From: a virus
Lineage: Duplodnaviria > Heunggongvirae > Uroviricota > Caudoviricetes
DNA length: 32,403 bases
Direction: 5' to 3' (one strand)
IMG/VR virus record: IMGVR_UViG_2617270968_000008
Coordinates: 1 to 32,403 of that record
This document shows positions 8,577-16,604 of the stretch, in pieces. A program made the translations under genes and the position numbers. The notes beneath the pieces are model-generated. The model saw nothing but the letters and a program-made list of their open reading frames with translations. It was not told the DNA's origin and did not search any database. Every line of letters begins with the position of its first letter. Position 1 is the first letter of the stretch.

Positions 8577-8999
8577 GTGGCAAAAGTTTTTACACAAGAA
8601 GAGCGGGAAAAAATTAAAGGGCAGGTTGTTGAACTCGTACGCCAGAGTGGGCGCGAGACGTTACGACAACTGGAAACTAAAACTGGGGCAACAAGATATC
8701 TGATGAGCGTTCTGGCCAGAGAGCTGGTTGCCAGTGGCGATGTATACAACTCTGGTTACGGGTTATTCCCGTCTGAACAGGCGCGTAAGGACTGGCAAAA
8801 TGCCCGTAAAAAGCTCTCAAGGGCAAAGCTGAAGAAACCATCTGCGGTTGATCCGGACCTTATCTGGTCATTACCTGACGGAGAAATACGTCGCTACGAC
8901 AGGCGTCAGAACATAATCTGTCGCGAGTGCCGGAAGAGCGAAGTTATGCAGCGCATATTGTCGTTTTATCAGGGTAATTTTCAGAAGGTGCTGTTGTGA
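8577..8999 (+). CDS. Hypothetical protein downstream of the replication initiator (not DnaC/P-like)
   Basis: 140-aa ORF with GTG start after AGGAGGG; basic protein with a CRECRKS motif; occupies the helicase-loader position but is too small and lacks Walker motifs. Confidence 0.45.
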   Translation: MAKVFTQEEREKIKGQVVELVRQSGRETLRQLETKTGATRYLMSVLARELVASGDVYNSGYGLFPSEQARKDWQNARKKLSRAKLKKPSAVDPDLIWSLPDGEIRRYDRRQNIICRECRKSEVMQRILSFYQGNFQKVLL

Positions 9000-9104
9000 G
9001 CCAAATTAACAATCGGAACTTCGTGAAGAGAAAGCATAATCCAAATCTGAATAATTAAGTTTAGCACTGTAAATAAAATTTAATCCTTAACTGGAGGTAT
9101 ATCT

Positions 9105-9317
9105 ATGTCAAATACACAGAAAATTATTAACACTGAAAAATATAACGAGTGGGTGAAAAAATTCTCTGAACAGATTTTTAAAATTACTGGCGACGAGAAT
9201 GTGGCAAAAAATGAATTAGAACCGTGGACACCTGAAGGAAACGCACCAAATTATTGCTGGTGGGAAGTTGATCCGGTTGATGCTGCAAATGAAGCCATGA
9301 GTTACCACAACGATTAA
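9105..9317 (+). CDS. Hypothetical small protein
   Basis: 70-aa ORF preceded by CTGGAGG; nin-like region. Confidence 0.4.
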   Translation: MSNTQKIINTEKYNEWVKKFSEQIFKITGDENVAKNELEPWTPEGNAPNYCWWEVDPVDAANEAMSYHND

Positions 9318-9349
9318 TGTCGGGAGGCCGCCCGAAAGGGCGGTAAGAA

Positions 9350-9568
9350 ATGACTACATTATTCAGAAAAGAATATCCGCAAAAAAGTAGAGCGACAGAA
9401 TTTTTGTTTCTCATTCTGTTTATCGTATTGATGATACCGATATCCCCTCTAATTTTTGTCTGGGCAATCGGGAAAATAATTGAGCCAGTTACTGAATTGT
9501 ATACCGACGTTGTATGGGCGTCGTTCAACACACTGCACAATAAAATTAATCCGTATAAGGAAAACTGA
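9350..9568 (+). CDS. Small membrane protein (hypothetical)
   Basis: 72-aa ORF with a clear hydrophobic transmembrane segment (EFLFLILFIVLMIPISPLIFVWAIG). Confidence 0.4.
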   Translation: MTTLFRKEYPQKSRATEFLFLILFIVLMIPISPLIFVWAIGKIIEPVTELYTDVVWASFNTLHNKINPYKEN

Positions 9569-9569
9569 T

Positions 9570-9833
9570 ATGGCAACTTTGACAAAAAAAGAACGGGCAT
9601 GGTTGAACGAATTACAGGAAGTTCTTGATCGCTGTCCATCACCGAAAAAAATTGGCTTTTACACCATTGGCGATAAAAGCATTTACCTGTATGACCTACG
9701 CCGCATGGATGAAATCATGGAGGCTCTTGATAATCGTTCGTCGATGGATTGGTGTGTTGCTGTTCATGATATGAATGCAGGGTTTGATGAAAAGATTTTG
9801 TTCCCCTCATCAGTTGAAAGCACTGCGGGTTAA
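9570..9833 (+). CDS. Hypothetical protein
   Basis: ATG at 9570 after AAGGAAA, 2 nt after the previous stop; 87 aa. Confidence 0.4.
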   Translation: MATLTKKERAWLNELQEVLDRCPSPKKIGFYTIGDKSIYLYDLRRMDEIMEALDNRSSMDWCVAVHDMNAGFDEKILFPSSVESTAG

Positions 9834-9842
9834 GGAGTAACA

Positions 9843-10010
9843 CATGACCACTATTACCAAAGAACGTATTGAATTGTTCATTAAAAACCCGCTTGAAAAC
9901 GGGCTTACCCGTGGTGAACAAATGGAACTGGCACGGATTGCGCTGGCATCGCTGGAAGCAGAGCCGGTTGTGTTCTGGTTTGAAAAATATCAAGAAGGGG
10001 CTACGGCATG
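9843..10010 (+). CDS. Hypothetical small protein (paralogue of the next gene)
   Basis: 55-aa ORF (below the ORF-track cutoff) read directly from the sequence; shares motif [10 protein letters not shown] with the next ORF ([10 protein letters not shown]); its stop overlaps the next start (ATGA). Confidence 0.35.
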
Positions 10011-10352
10011 ACGACTTTTACCAGAGAGCAGTTAATAGCTCACGCAGAGGAGACTATTGAAGCACAGAGACTGTGCATACCGGGCACAATCGACCATGAC
10101 ATCATCCGCACATATAAGATGGATATTGCTGTTCTGGAAATCGCACTGGTATCGCTGGCAGCAGAGCCAGCCGGTAAATTGCATGAATACAAACCAGTGG
10201 GATATCAGCGTCTGGTCGATGAGTTAACCATGCTGGTAAAGCAGTTAACCTGGCAACTGAGGAAAGCGAAGCCAGACTGCAAATTACCGGATAAGGCGAT
10301 GAGTTATCTGGAGCGGAACGGACTGATAAGCGTGGAGGATATTTTACGATGA
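10008..10352 (+). CDS. Hypothetical protein
   Basis: 114-aa ORF translationally coupled to the preceding paralogous ORF. Confidence 0.4.
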   Translation: MTTFTREQLIAHAEETIEAQRLCIPGTIDHDIIRTYKMDIAVLEIALVSLAAEPAGKLHEYKPVGYQRLVDELTMLVKQLTWQLRKAKPDCKLPDKAMSYLERNGLISVEDILR

Positions 10353-10432
10353 CCTGGCCTGAAGCATTAACAACGGTAGGAATTGCGATGGCGGTGGCGC
10401 TGGTGGTGTATTCGATTTGCCGCTGGGGATAA
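10349..10432 (+). CDS. Possible 27-aa hydrophobic peptide
   Basis: ATGA-coupled to the upstream gene; encodes [27 protein letters not shown], a single transmembrane helix; too short to call firmly. Confidence 0.2.
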   Translation: MTWPEALTTVGIAMAVALVVYSICRWG

Positions 10433-10643
10433 AAACGGTTTGCGGGAAAAGGAGAGTTAAGTAGAATTGCAGCGGGTGCTTGAGGCTATCTGTCTCAGGC
10501 ATGAACACCAAAAGGCAGATAGAGAAAAGCCCCAGTTAACATTACGCGTCCGGCAAGACGCTTAACATTAATCTGAGGCCATATCTATGCTCTACACACG
10601 TAGGTTAGCCTCTTACGTGCCGAAAGGCAAGGAGAAGCAGGCT

Positions 10644-10799
10644 ATGAAGCAGCAAAAGGCGATGCTAATCGCCCTGATCGTCATCTGTTTAACCGTCATT
10701 GTGACGGCACTGGTAACGAGGAAAGACCTCTGCGAGGTACGAATCCGAACCGGCCAGACGGAGGTCGCTGTCTTCACAGCTTACGAACCTGAGGAGTAA
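10644..10799 (+). CDS. hokD: Hok/Gef family type I toxin (HokD/RelF-like)
   Basis: 51-aa product MKQQKAMLIALIVICLTVIVTALVTRKDLCEVRIRTGQTEVAVFTAYEPEE has the Hok/Gef signature (transmembrane helix, TRKxLCE, conserved C-terminal half). An in-frame upstream ATG at 10587 with its own GAGG gives a 70-aa Mok-like extended frame. Confidence 0.8.
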   Translation: MKQQKAMLIALIVICLTVIVTALVTRKDLCEVRIRTGQTEVAVFTAYEPEE

Positions 10800-10867
10800 G
10801 AGACCTGGCGGGGGAGAAATCCCTCGCCACCTCTGATGTGTCAGGCATCCTCAACGCACCCGCACTT

Positions 10868-10896
10868 AACCCGCTTCGGCGGGTTTTGTTCTTTTT
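10868..10896 (+). terminator. Rho-independent terminator downstream of hok
   Basis: Stem AACCCGC / loop TTCG / GCGGGTT followed by TTGTTCTTTTT; the same hairpin recurs at 12216-12243. Confidence 0.7.
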
Positions 10897-11043
10897 GTGA
10901 AAAAAATTCCCTTAAAGGAGATTTTTTTAACTAAAAAGGTTTACTTTGCTTTCGTATATGGTAAATTTTAGGAATTAGAATTTAAGCGCCCATCAGGCTT
11001 GCGTTAGGCAAGTCTGCTAAATCAACAAATTGAGGATAAAATC

Positions 11044-11403
11044 ATGGCACTCACTGAATTCGGTAAGGCCGTTAGAAAAGCGAGGATCGATACTGACAGT
11101 ACTCTTCTGACTATGTCTCAAGAACTGGGCACTACGCCAGCGTTTCTTAGCGGTTTAGAAACTGGTAGCAAAAAAATACCTCTGAAGTGGGTTAAGAAGA
11201 TTGATTCTTACTTCAAGGCCAAAGGTGTAGAAATTGAAGGGTTACAGGAGCTAGCGGCAGTTGCGAATGACTCAGTTCCAGTAAACGGTTTGTCTCAGCA
11301 ACAGAAAATGCTTGTAGCGGGATTCGCTAAGTCGCAGTTTACGCCGGAACAGCTAAAGAGTTTTGCAGATTTATTGCAAAAGATTAATAACAATGAGGGG
11401 TAA
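11044..11403 (+). CDS. XRE-family HTH transcriptional regulator
   Basis: 119-aa ORF with GAGGA RBS; N-terminal HTH-like segment; 2 nt upstream of the ImmA-like peptidase gene. Confidence 0.65.
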   Translation: MALTEFGKAVRKARIDTDSTLLTMSQELGTTPAFLSGLETGSKKIPLKWVKKIDSYFKAKGVEIEGLQELAAVANDSVPVNGLSQQQKMLVAGFAKSQFTPEQLKSFADLLQKINNNEG

Positions 11404-11405
11404 TT

Positions 11406-11882
11406 ATGTATCAAATGAGAGGTAACAGGGTGTCACCGATGCAAGAAGAAGAAATAGCCTACAGAGCTATAAACTTCTGTAATGCTATTGGTCTTACAGC
11501 CTCAAAGCGCAAAAGAAAGCGTTATGATATGTTCTTTGAAAGCCTGTCAATTTATGGGGTTACTCTTGACGTCAGGACCGACAAAGAGTGGGAGGCTCTG
11601 ACGTATGATCTAACTATCGGACATTGTGACCCCGCTTCTCTAACAATTACGGTTCCCAATAAAATATATGTGAATGCTTGCCTTGGGGAAGAGCATGCAC
11701 TTGCTGTTATCTTCCACGAGCTAGGTCATTTGCTTCTTGGACACAAAGCAGTTTTACACTTTTCAGTTAAAGAACCTACTCGTATTGAGGATGCAGAATG
11801 GCAGGCAGATACATTTGCGGATATCGTACTGGAAACAATTGGCGTGAGAACACAACAGATGTCGTTCGATTTTTATATGTAA
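11406..11882 (+). CDS. ImmA/IrrE-family zinc metallopeptidase
   Basis: 158-aa ORF with HExxH motif (VIFHELGHLLLGH) and downstream acidic residues; the classic partner of an XRE regulator. Confidence 0.65.
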   Translation: MYQMRGNRVSPMQEEEIAYRAINFCNAIGLTASKRKRKRYDMFFESLSIYGVTLDVRTDKEWEALTYDLTIGHCDPASLTITVPNKIYVNACLGEEHALAVIFHELGHLLLGHKAVLHFSVKEPTRIEDAEWQADTFADIVLETIGVRTQQMSFDFYM

Positions 11883-12049
11883 AAGCCCTGCGCTAACAGG
11901 GCTTTTAGGGACGGAAAGTGCGCTAACACATTCCGTAGTGTATGGAGATAATCCAATCACAACACTTTTTGTAGACAAGCGAAGTGTAGTGGTTCTCCCA
12001 ACAAAGTGCAACCTGTGTGGATTCACAGGTGAGCAGGGAAAACGAAATC

Positions 12050-12199
12050 ATGGCAATGGGTACCTGTCGCAAATGTGGCTGTCCATGTGAGATCATTTTT
12101 CGCTACTCTGTGTGTGTAGATGGTGTAATGCGCCACGCGAAAAAAGGGAAGCCTTTCCCGATCCCACTTTGCAGTTGTAGTGGCAAGCACGCAGCTTGA
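12050..12199 (+). CDS. Small Cys-rich protein (zinc-ribbon-like), hypothetical
   Basis: 49-aa ORF from MAMGTCRKCGCPCE with 8 Cys in CxxC-like spacing; AGGGA RBS; lies inside the terminator-bracketed cassette with XRE and ImmA. Confidence 0.35.
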   Translation: MAMGTCRKCGCPCEIIFRYSVCVDGVMRHAKKGKPFPIPLCSCSGKHAA

Positions 12200-12215
12200 T
12201 ATTCAGTACTGACAA

Positions 12216-12243
12216 AACCCGCTTCGGCGGGTTTTGTTTTTTC
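12216..12243 (+). terminator. Rho-independent terminator (second copy)
   Basis: Identical hairpin AACCCGCTTCGGCGGGTT followed by TTGTTTTTTCTT; direct repeat of the 10868-10896 terminator. Confidence 0.7.
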
Positions 12244-12314
12244 TTGGCATTCAGGTTTACAATTCGCACGTCAGCCTGAACAACTGGCACCTGCTGCGCC
12301 AGCAGAGAAAGACG

Positions 12315-12593
12315 ATGGCGCACAATACCAAATCACACAATTCTGATAATTCAGCTGTCTTTGCCAGCAGGCACGGGCGGCGTTCCCGCACATTCAAATC
12401 TGATTGGTACCAGCATCCCCCATGTACTGAAGAACAAGCTGAATGGCTAATTCAGTGCTACCGCAGACACGGATACGAGATAAAGAAAGCCCTCAGCCTC
12501 GATTATCGTCACTGGATAATCTCCGTCAGGCTTCCTTACTCTGAACGCCCACCGCGTCCGTCCCGCACATTCCAGCAACGCATCTGGAGGTAA
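12315..12593 (+). CDS. Hypothetical protein
   Basis: 92-aa ORF from MAHNTKSH; immediately precedes the DUF968 gene. Confidence 0.4.
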   Translation: MAHNTKSHNSDNSAVFASRHGRRSRTFKSDWYQHPPCTEEQAEWLIQCYRRHGYEIKKALSLDYRHWIISVRLPYSERPPRPSRTFQQRIWR

Positions 12594-12594
12594 C

Positions 12595-13641
12595 GTGCGG
12601 GTATTACTTCGACCTGTTCTGGTACCGGAACTCGGGCTGGTGATCGTTAAGCCGGGCCGTGAATCCATGCCGGTATTCCACAATACCCGGGTACTGGTGG
12701 AGCCGGAACCGAAAAGCATGCGTAATCTGTCGTCCGGGGTCGTTCCTGCCGTTCGCCAGCCGCTGGCGGAGGATAAATCATTACTGCCATTTTTCAGCGA
12801 CGAACGAGTGATTCGTGCTGCTGGTGGCGCTGGCGCATTGTCTGACTGGTTACTGCGCCATGTTAAATCCTGCCAGTGGCCACACGGCGATTATCACCAC
12901 AGTGAAACCGTCATTCACCGTTATGGTACCGGCGCAATGGTGTTGTGCTGGCACTGCGACAACCAGCTGCGCGACCAGACCTCCGAATCACTCGGGCAAC
13001 TTGCTCACCAAAACCTGTCTGCATGGATGATTGACGTCATACGCCATGCAATGAATGGCTCGCAGGAACGGGAATTATCGCTGGCTGAATTATCCTGGTG
13101 GGCGGTCCGCAATCAGGTGGCGGACGCGCTACCGGAAGCGGTATTACGTCGTTCGCTGGGGTTGCGTGCGGAAAAAATCCGCTCAATGTACCGTGAAAGC
13201 GACATCGTACCGGGAGAGCAGACCGCCACCAGCATACTGAAGCAGCGCACAAAAAATCTTGCGCCGCTGCCTCACGCCCACCAGCAAAACCCGCCACAGG
13301 AAGAGACGGTGGTCAGCATTGCCGTTGATCCTGAGTCTCCGGAATCTTTCATGAAACGACCTAAACGTCGCCGCTGGGTTAACGAGAAATACACACGCTG
13401 GGTGAAGACACAGCCGTGTGCGTGTTGTGGTAAGCCAGCCGACGATCCCCATCACCTGATTGGTCATGGTCAGGGCGGAATGGGGACAAAATCTCACGAT
13501 ATTTTCACGCTACCGCTGTGTCGGGAGCATCACAACGAGCTTCATGCGGATCCTCTGGCGTTCGAAGAAAAGCATGGTTCTCAGGTTGATTTAATTTTTC
13601 GTTTTCTTGATCACGCCTTTGCAACTGGCGTGCTTGGGTAA
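12595..13641 (+). CDS. DUF968-family prophage protein (YdfU-like) with HNH-like Cys/His motif
   Basis: 348-aa ORF with GTG start after GGAGG; C-terminal CACCGKP...DPHHL...CREHHNELH cluster resembles an HNH/zinc-finger nuclease motif; lies upstream of rusA and Q as in Qin-type prophages. Confidence 0.6.
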   Translation: MRVLLRPVLVPELGLVIVKPGRESMPVFHNTRVLVEPEPKSMRNLSSGVVPAVRQPLAEDKSLLPFFSDERVIRAAGGAGALSDWLLRHVKSCQWPHGDYHHSETVIHRYGTGAMVLCWHCDNQLRDQTSESLGQLAHQNLSAWMIDVIRHAMNGSQERELSLAELSWWAVRNQVADALPEAVLRRSLGLRAEKIRSMYRESDIVPGEQTATSILKQRTKNLAPLPHAHQQNPPQEETVVSIAVDPESPESFMKRPKRRRWVNEKYTRWVKTQPCACCGKPADDPHHLIGHGQGGMGTKSHDIFTLPLCREHHNELHADPLAFEEKHGSQVDLIFRFLDHAFATGVLG

Positions 13642-13653
13642 AAGAGGTGACTG

Positions 13654-14028
13654 ATGCTCATAGATTTGGTTTTACCTTACCCGCCGACGGTGAACACTTA
13701 CTGGCGACGCCGTGGCAGCACATATTTTATCTCGGAGGAGGGAAAGCGTTATCGCCGGGCTGTGGCGCTTATTGTTCGCCAGCAGCGGCTGAAATTAAGC
13801 CTGTCCGGAAGGCTGGCGATAAAGGTGATTGCAGAGCCACCGGATAAGCGTCGTCGCGACCTGGACAATATTCTGAAAGCACCACTGGATGCGCTGACGC
13901 ATGCCGGACTTCTCATAGACGACGAGCAGTTTGATGAAATCAATATTGTGCGCGGTCAGCGCGTTCCTGGGGGGCGGCTGGGCGTGAAGATTTACCCCAT
14001 AATGCTTGAAGGGCAGGTCAAAAAATGA
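13654..14028 (+). CDS. rusA: Holliday junction resolvase RusA
   Basis: 124-aa ORF; RusA-like motifs (PPTVNTYWRRRG, DKRRRDLDNILKAPLDALTHAGLLIDDEQ) with the conserved acidic catalytic cluster; AGAGGTGA RBS. Confidence 0.85.
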   Translation: MLIDLVLPYPPTVNTYWRRRGSTYFISEEGKRYRRAVALIVRQQRLKLSLSGRLAIKVIAEPPDKRRRDLDNILKAPLDALTHAGLLIDDEQFDEINIVRGQRVPGGRLGVKIYPIMLEGQVKK

Positions 14029-14846
14029 AACTGGAAGATTTACCGAAATACTACTCCCCAAAATCCCCCGGCCTGACTGATGCATCGGCCTCAACGTCGA
14101 AAGATGCGCTGAGTATCACTGATGTGATGGCCGCGCAGGGCATGACACAGAATCGGGCTGAGATGGGGTTTTCTGCGTTCCTTGGGAAAATGGGCATTAG
14201 TATGAATGACAGAGAGCGGGCAACAGAATTGCTGACAGAATATGCACTCAGTCGGTGTGATCGCGTGGCGGCGTTAAGAAAACTCCCGGCAGAAATAAAA
14301 CCGGCAGTGATGCGTATTATGGCTTCGTATGCGTTTGAAGATTATGCCCGCAGCGCGGCGAGCAAAAAACAGTGCTCCTGCTGTCACGGAAACAAATTTA
14401 TTGAAAGCGAGGTTTTTACAAACAAGATCCAGTATCCGGATGGTAAGCCGCCGGTATGGGCAAAGTGTACGAAAGGTGTGTATCCGTCTTACTGGGAAGA
14501 ATGGAAAAAAGTCAGGGAGGTGGTAAAAGTTGCCTGTCCGGAGTGTGGCGGAAAGGGTGAGGTTTCCACCGCCTGTAAGGATTGCCGTGGGCGTGGTGTC
14601 GCCATTCATCGTGAAGAGTCGGTAAAACGTGGTATGCCTGTTATCAGAGACTGCCAGCGTTGTGGTGGTCGTGGCTGTGAAAGACTACCATCAACGGAGG
14701 CATTTAATGCCATATGCAAAGTGACGAGTGCTATCACGCTTGATACGTGGAAAAAATCAGTGAAACGCTTTTACGATACGTTGGTGGTTCGGTTTGACAT
14801 TGAAGAGGCATGGGCGGAGCGGCAGTTAAAGAGGGTAACGCGATAG
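14025..14846 (+). CDS. Late-gene antitermination protein Q (phage 21/82 type, zinc-binding)
   Basis: 273-aa ORF ATGA-coupled to rusA; multiple CxxC pairs (CPECGGKG, CKDCRGRG, CQRCGGRG); directly followed by a late promoter and terminator. Confidence 0.7.
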   Translation: MKLEDLPKYYSPKSPGLTDASASTSKDALSITDVMAAQGMTQNRAEMGFSAFLGKMGISMNDRERATELLTEYALSRCDRVAALRKLPAEIKPAVMRIMASYAFEDYARSAASKKQCSCCHGNKFIESEVFTNKIQYPDGKPPVWAKCTKGVYPSYWEEWKKVREVVKVACPECGGKGEVSTACKDCRGRGVAIHREESVKRGMPVIRDCQRCGGRGCERLPSTEAFNAICKVTSAITLDTWKKSVKRFYDTLVVRFDIEEAWAERQLKRVTR

Positions 14847-14850
14847 TGTT

Positions 14851-14879
14851 GTTGATTTTTCCCGAATCTGTGGTAAATT
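14851..14879 (+). promoter_or_regulatory. Late promoter PR' (Q-dependent) candidate
   Basis: -35-like GTTGAT (14851-14856), extended -10 TGG-TAAATT (14871-14879), immediately downstream of Q. Confidence 0.5.
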
Positions 14880-14927
14880 TGCTCTAACGATGGGCGTTTT
14901 ATGCCTGACGTTAGAAGATTTTTTACA

Positions 14928-14950
14928 CCCCGCCGCCTGGCGGGGTTTTT
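14928..14950 (+). terminator. tR'-like intrinsic terminator
   Basis: Stem CCCCGCC / loop GCCT / GGCGGGG followed by TTTTT; about 50-60 nt downstream of the PR' candidate. Confidence 0.7.
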
Positions 14951-15072
14951 ATGACTGAAATCGCGTCAGTATAGTAAACGCGCTGGTGGCGGTGAATACC
15001 TGTCTTTCAGCTTGCTGGCTTTTTCGACAAGAGTTATTGGTTTGTCACGTTAACCGGAAAAGGGAAAAAGAC

Positions 15073-15270
15073 ATGCTAAAACAGCAGGATATGACAGAAA
15101 CCGCCAGAGTGGTGTTTAATGAATTAAGCGTTACCGAACCGGCGACAGTCGGGGAGATAGCGCAGAATACTTACCTTTCACGCGAACGCTGCCAGTTAAT
15201 ACTGACCCAGCTGGTTATGGCGGATCTGGCAGACTATCAGTTCGGTTGTTACAGACGCCTTCCGCAGTGA
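15073..15270 (+). CDS. Hypothetical small protein
   Basis: 65-aa ORF with AAGGGAAAAAG RBS; first late-region ORF. Confidence 0.4.
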   Translation: MLKQQDMTETARVVFNELSVTEPATVGEIAQNTYLSRERCQLILTQLVMADLADYQFGCYRRLPQ

Positions 15271-15420
15271 AGGCTTTTTTATTTGTGGTAAATGGGCGGC
15301 TGGTGGGGGTTAGGGGCACCCACCAGCCATCTGCTCATGCGTTGGGTTCACAAGCAAACCTCAGGCCCACTGCTTTGCGCAAAAGCAGAATGAGCCTATC
15401 AGAGACAGGCTTAATGATCC

Positions 15421-16470
15421 ATGCTTAATACTGTAAAAATATCCAGTTGTGAGTTAATCAACGCCGACTGCCTGGAATTTATCCGGTCGTTACCCGAAAA
15501 TTCTGTTGACCTGATAGTCACGGACCCGCCGTACTTTAAAGTGAAGCCTGAGGGCTGGGATAACCAGTGGAAGGGCGACGATGATTACCTGAAGTGGCTG
15601 GACCAGTGTCTGGCGCAGTTCTGGCGGGTGCTGAAACCTGCCGGAAGTCTTTACCTGTTCTGTGGTCATCGCCTGGCATCTGATATCGAAATCATGATGC
15701 GTGAACGCTTCAGTGTGCTGAACCATATTATCTGGGCGAAGCCGTCCGGACGCTGGAACGGATGCAACAAGGAAAGCCTGCGGGCGTATTTCCCCGCCAT
15801 AGAGCGCATTCTGTTCGCGGAACATTATCAGGGGCCGTATCGTCCGAAAGATGCCGGGTATGCGGCGAAGGGCAGTGCACTGAAACAGCATGTGATGGCC
15901 CCGCTGATTTCTTACTTTCGTGATGCGCGCGCGGCCCTGGGGATAACGGCAAAACAGATTGCAGATGCCACAGGAAAGAAAAACATGGTGTCGCACTGGT
16001 TCAGTGCCAGTCAGTGGCAGCTACCGAACGAAAGCGATTATCTGAAATTACAGTCGCTGTTTGCCCGGGTGGCAGAAGAGAAACATCAGCGCGGTGAACT
16101 GGAAAAGCCCCACCACCAGCTGGTGGATACGTATACGTCACTGAACCGGCAGTATGTGGAGCTGCAGAGTGAATATAAGCATCTGCGGCGGTATTTTGGT
16201 GTGACGGCGCAGGTGCCGTACACGGATGTGTGGACACATAAACCGGTGCAGTTCTATCCCGGGAAACATCCGTGCGAAAAACCGGCAGAAATGCTGCAGC
16301 AGATAATCAGCGCAAGCAGTCGTCCGGGTGACCTGGTTGCAGATTTTTTTATGGGCTCAGGTTCAACGGTAAAAGCGGCACTGGCGCTCGGGCGTCGTGC
16401 GATTGGCGTTGAGCTGGAGACCGGACGTTTTGAGCAGACAGTCAGGGAAGTTCAGGATTTAATCGTTTGA
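15421..16470 (+). CDS. Orphan DNA methyltransferase (N6-adenine/N4-cytosine, beta class)
   Basis: 349-aa ORF with catalytic DPPY motif (IVTDPPYF) near the N-terminus and SAM-binding FxGxG motif (DFFMGSGST) near the C-terminus; no adjacent restriction endonuclease gene. Confidence 0.8.
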   Translation: MLNTVKISSCELINADCLEFIRSLPENSVDLIVTDPPYFKVKPEGWDNQWKGDDDYLKWLDQCLAQFWRVLKPAGSLYLFCGHRLASDIEIMMRERFSVLNHIIWAKPSGRWNGCNKESLRAYFPAIERILFAEHYQGPYRPKDAGYAAKGSALKQHVMAPLISYFRDARAALGITAKQIADATGKKNMVSHWFSASQWQLPNESDYLKLQSLFARVAEEKHQRGELEKPHHQLVDTYTSLNRQYVELQSEYKHLRRYFGVTAQVPYTDVWTHKPVQFYPGKHPCEKPAEMLQQIISASSRPGDLVADFFMGSGSTVKAALALGRRAIGVELETGRFEQTVREVQDLIV

Positions 16471-16519
16471 AACGGATGAGATTGCAGAATTAATTACGCA
16501 CCATTATTATTCTGCTCCC

Positions 16520-16595
16520 GGCCCTTTAGCTCAGTGGTGAGAGCGAGCGACTCATAATCGCCAGGTCGCTGGTTCAAATCCAGCAAGGGCCACCA
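16520..16595 (+). tRNA. ileZ: tRNA-Ile2 (anticodon CAU, lysidine type)
   Basis: Folds as a canonical cloverleaf (acceptor GGCCCTT/AAGGGCC, D-arm GCTC...GAGC, anticodon loop CTCATAA, T-loop GGTTCAAATCC, encoded CCA); closely resembles recalled E. coli ileX. Confidence 0.8.
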
Positions 16596-16604
16596 TATCA
16601 CATA

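Noticed and set aside
10999-11012. 11-mer GCGTTAGGCAA shared between the XRE promoter region and the immunity region (6719-6729)
   Set aside because: Exact 11-mer matches are expected many times by chance in a 32-kb window; not sufficient evidence for a shared operator.
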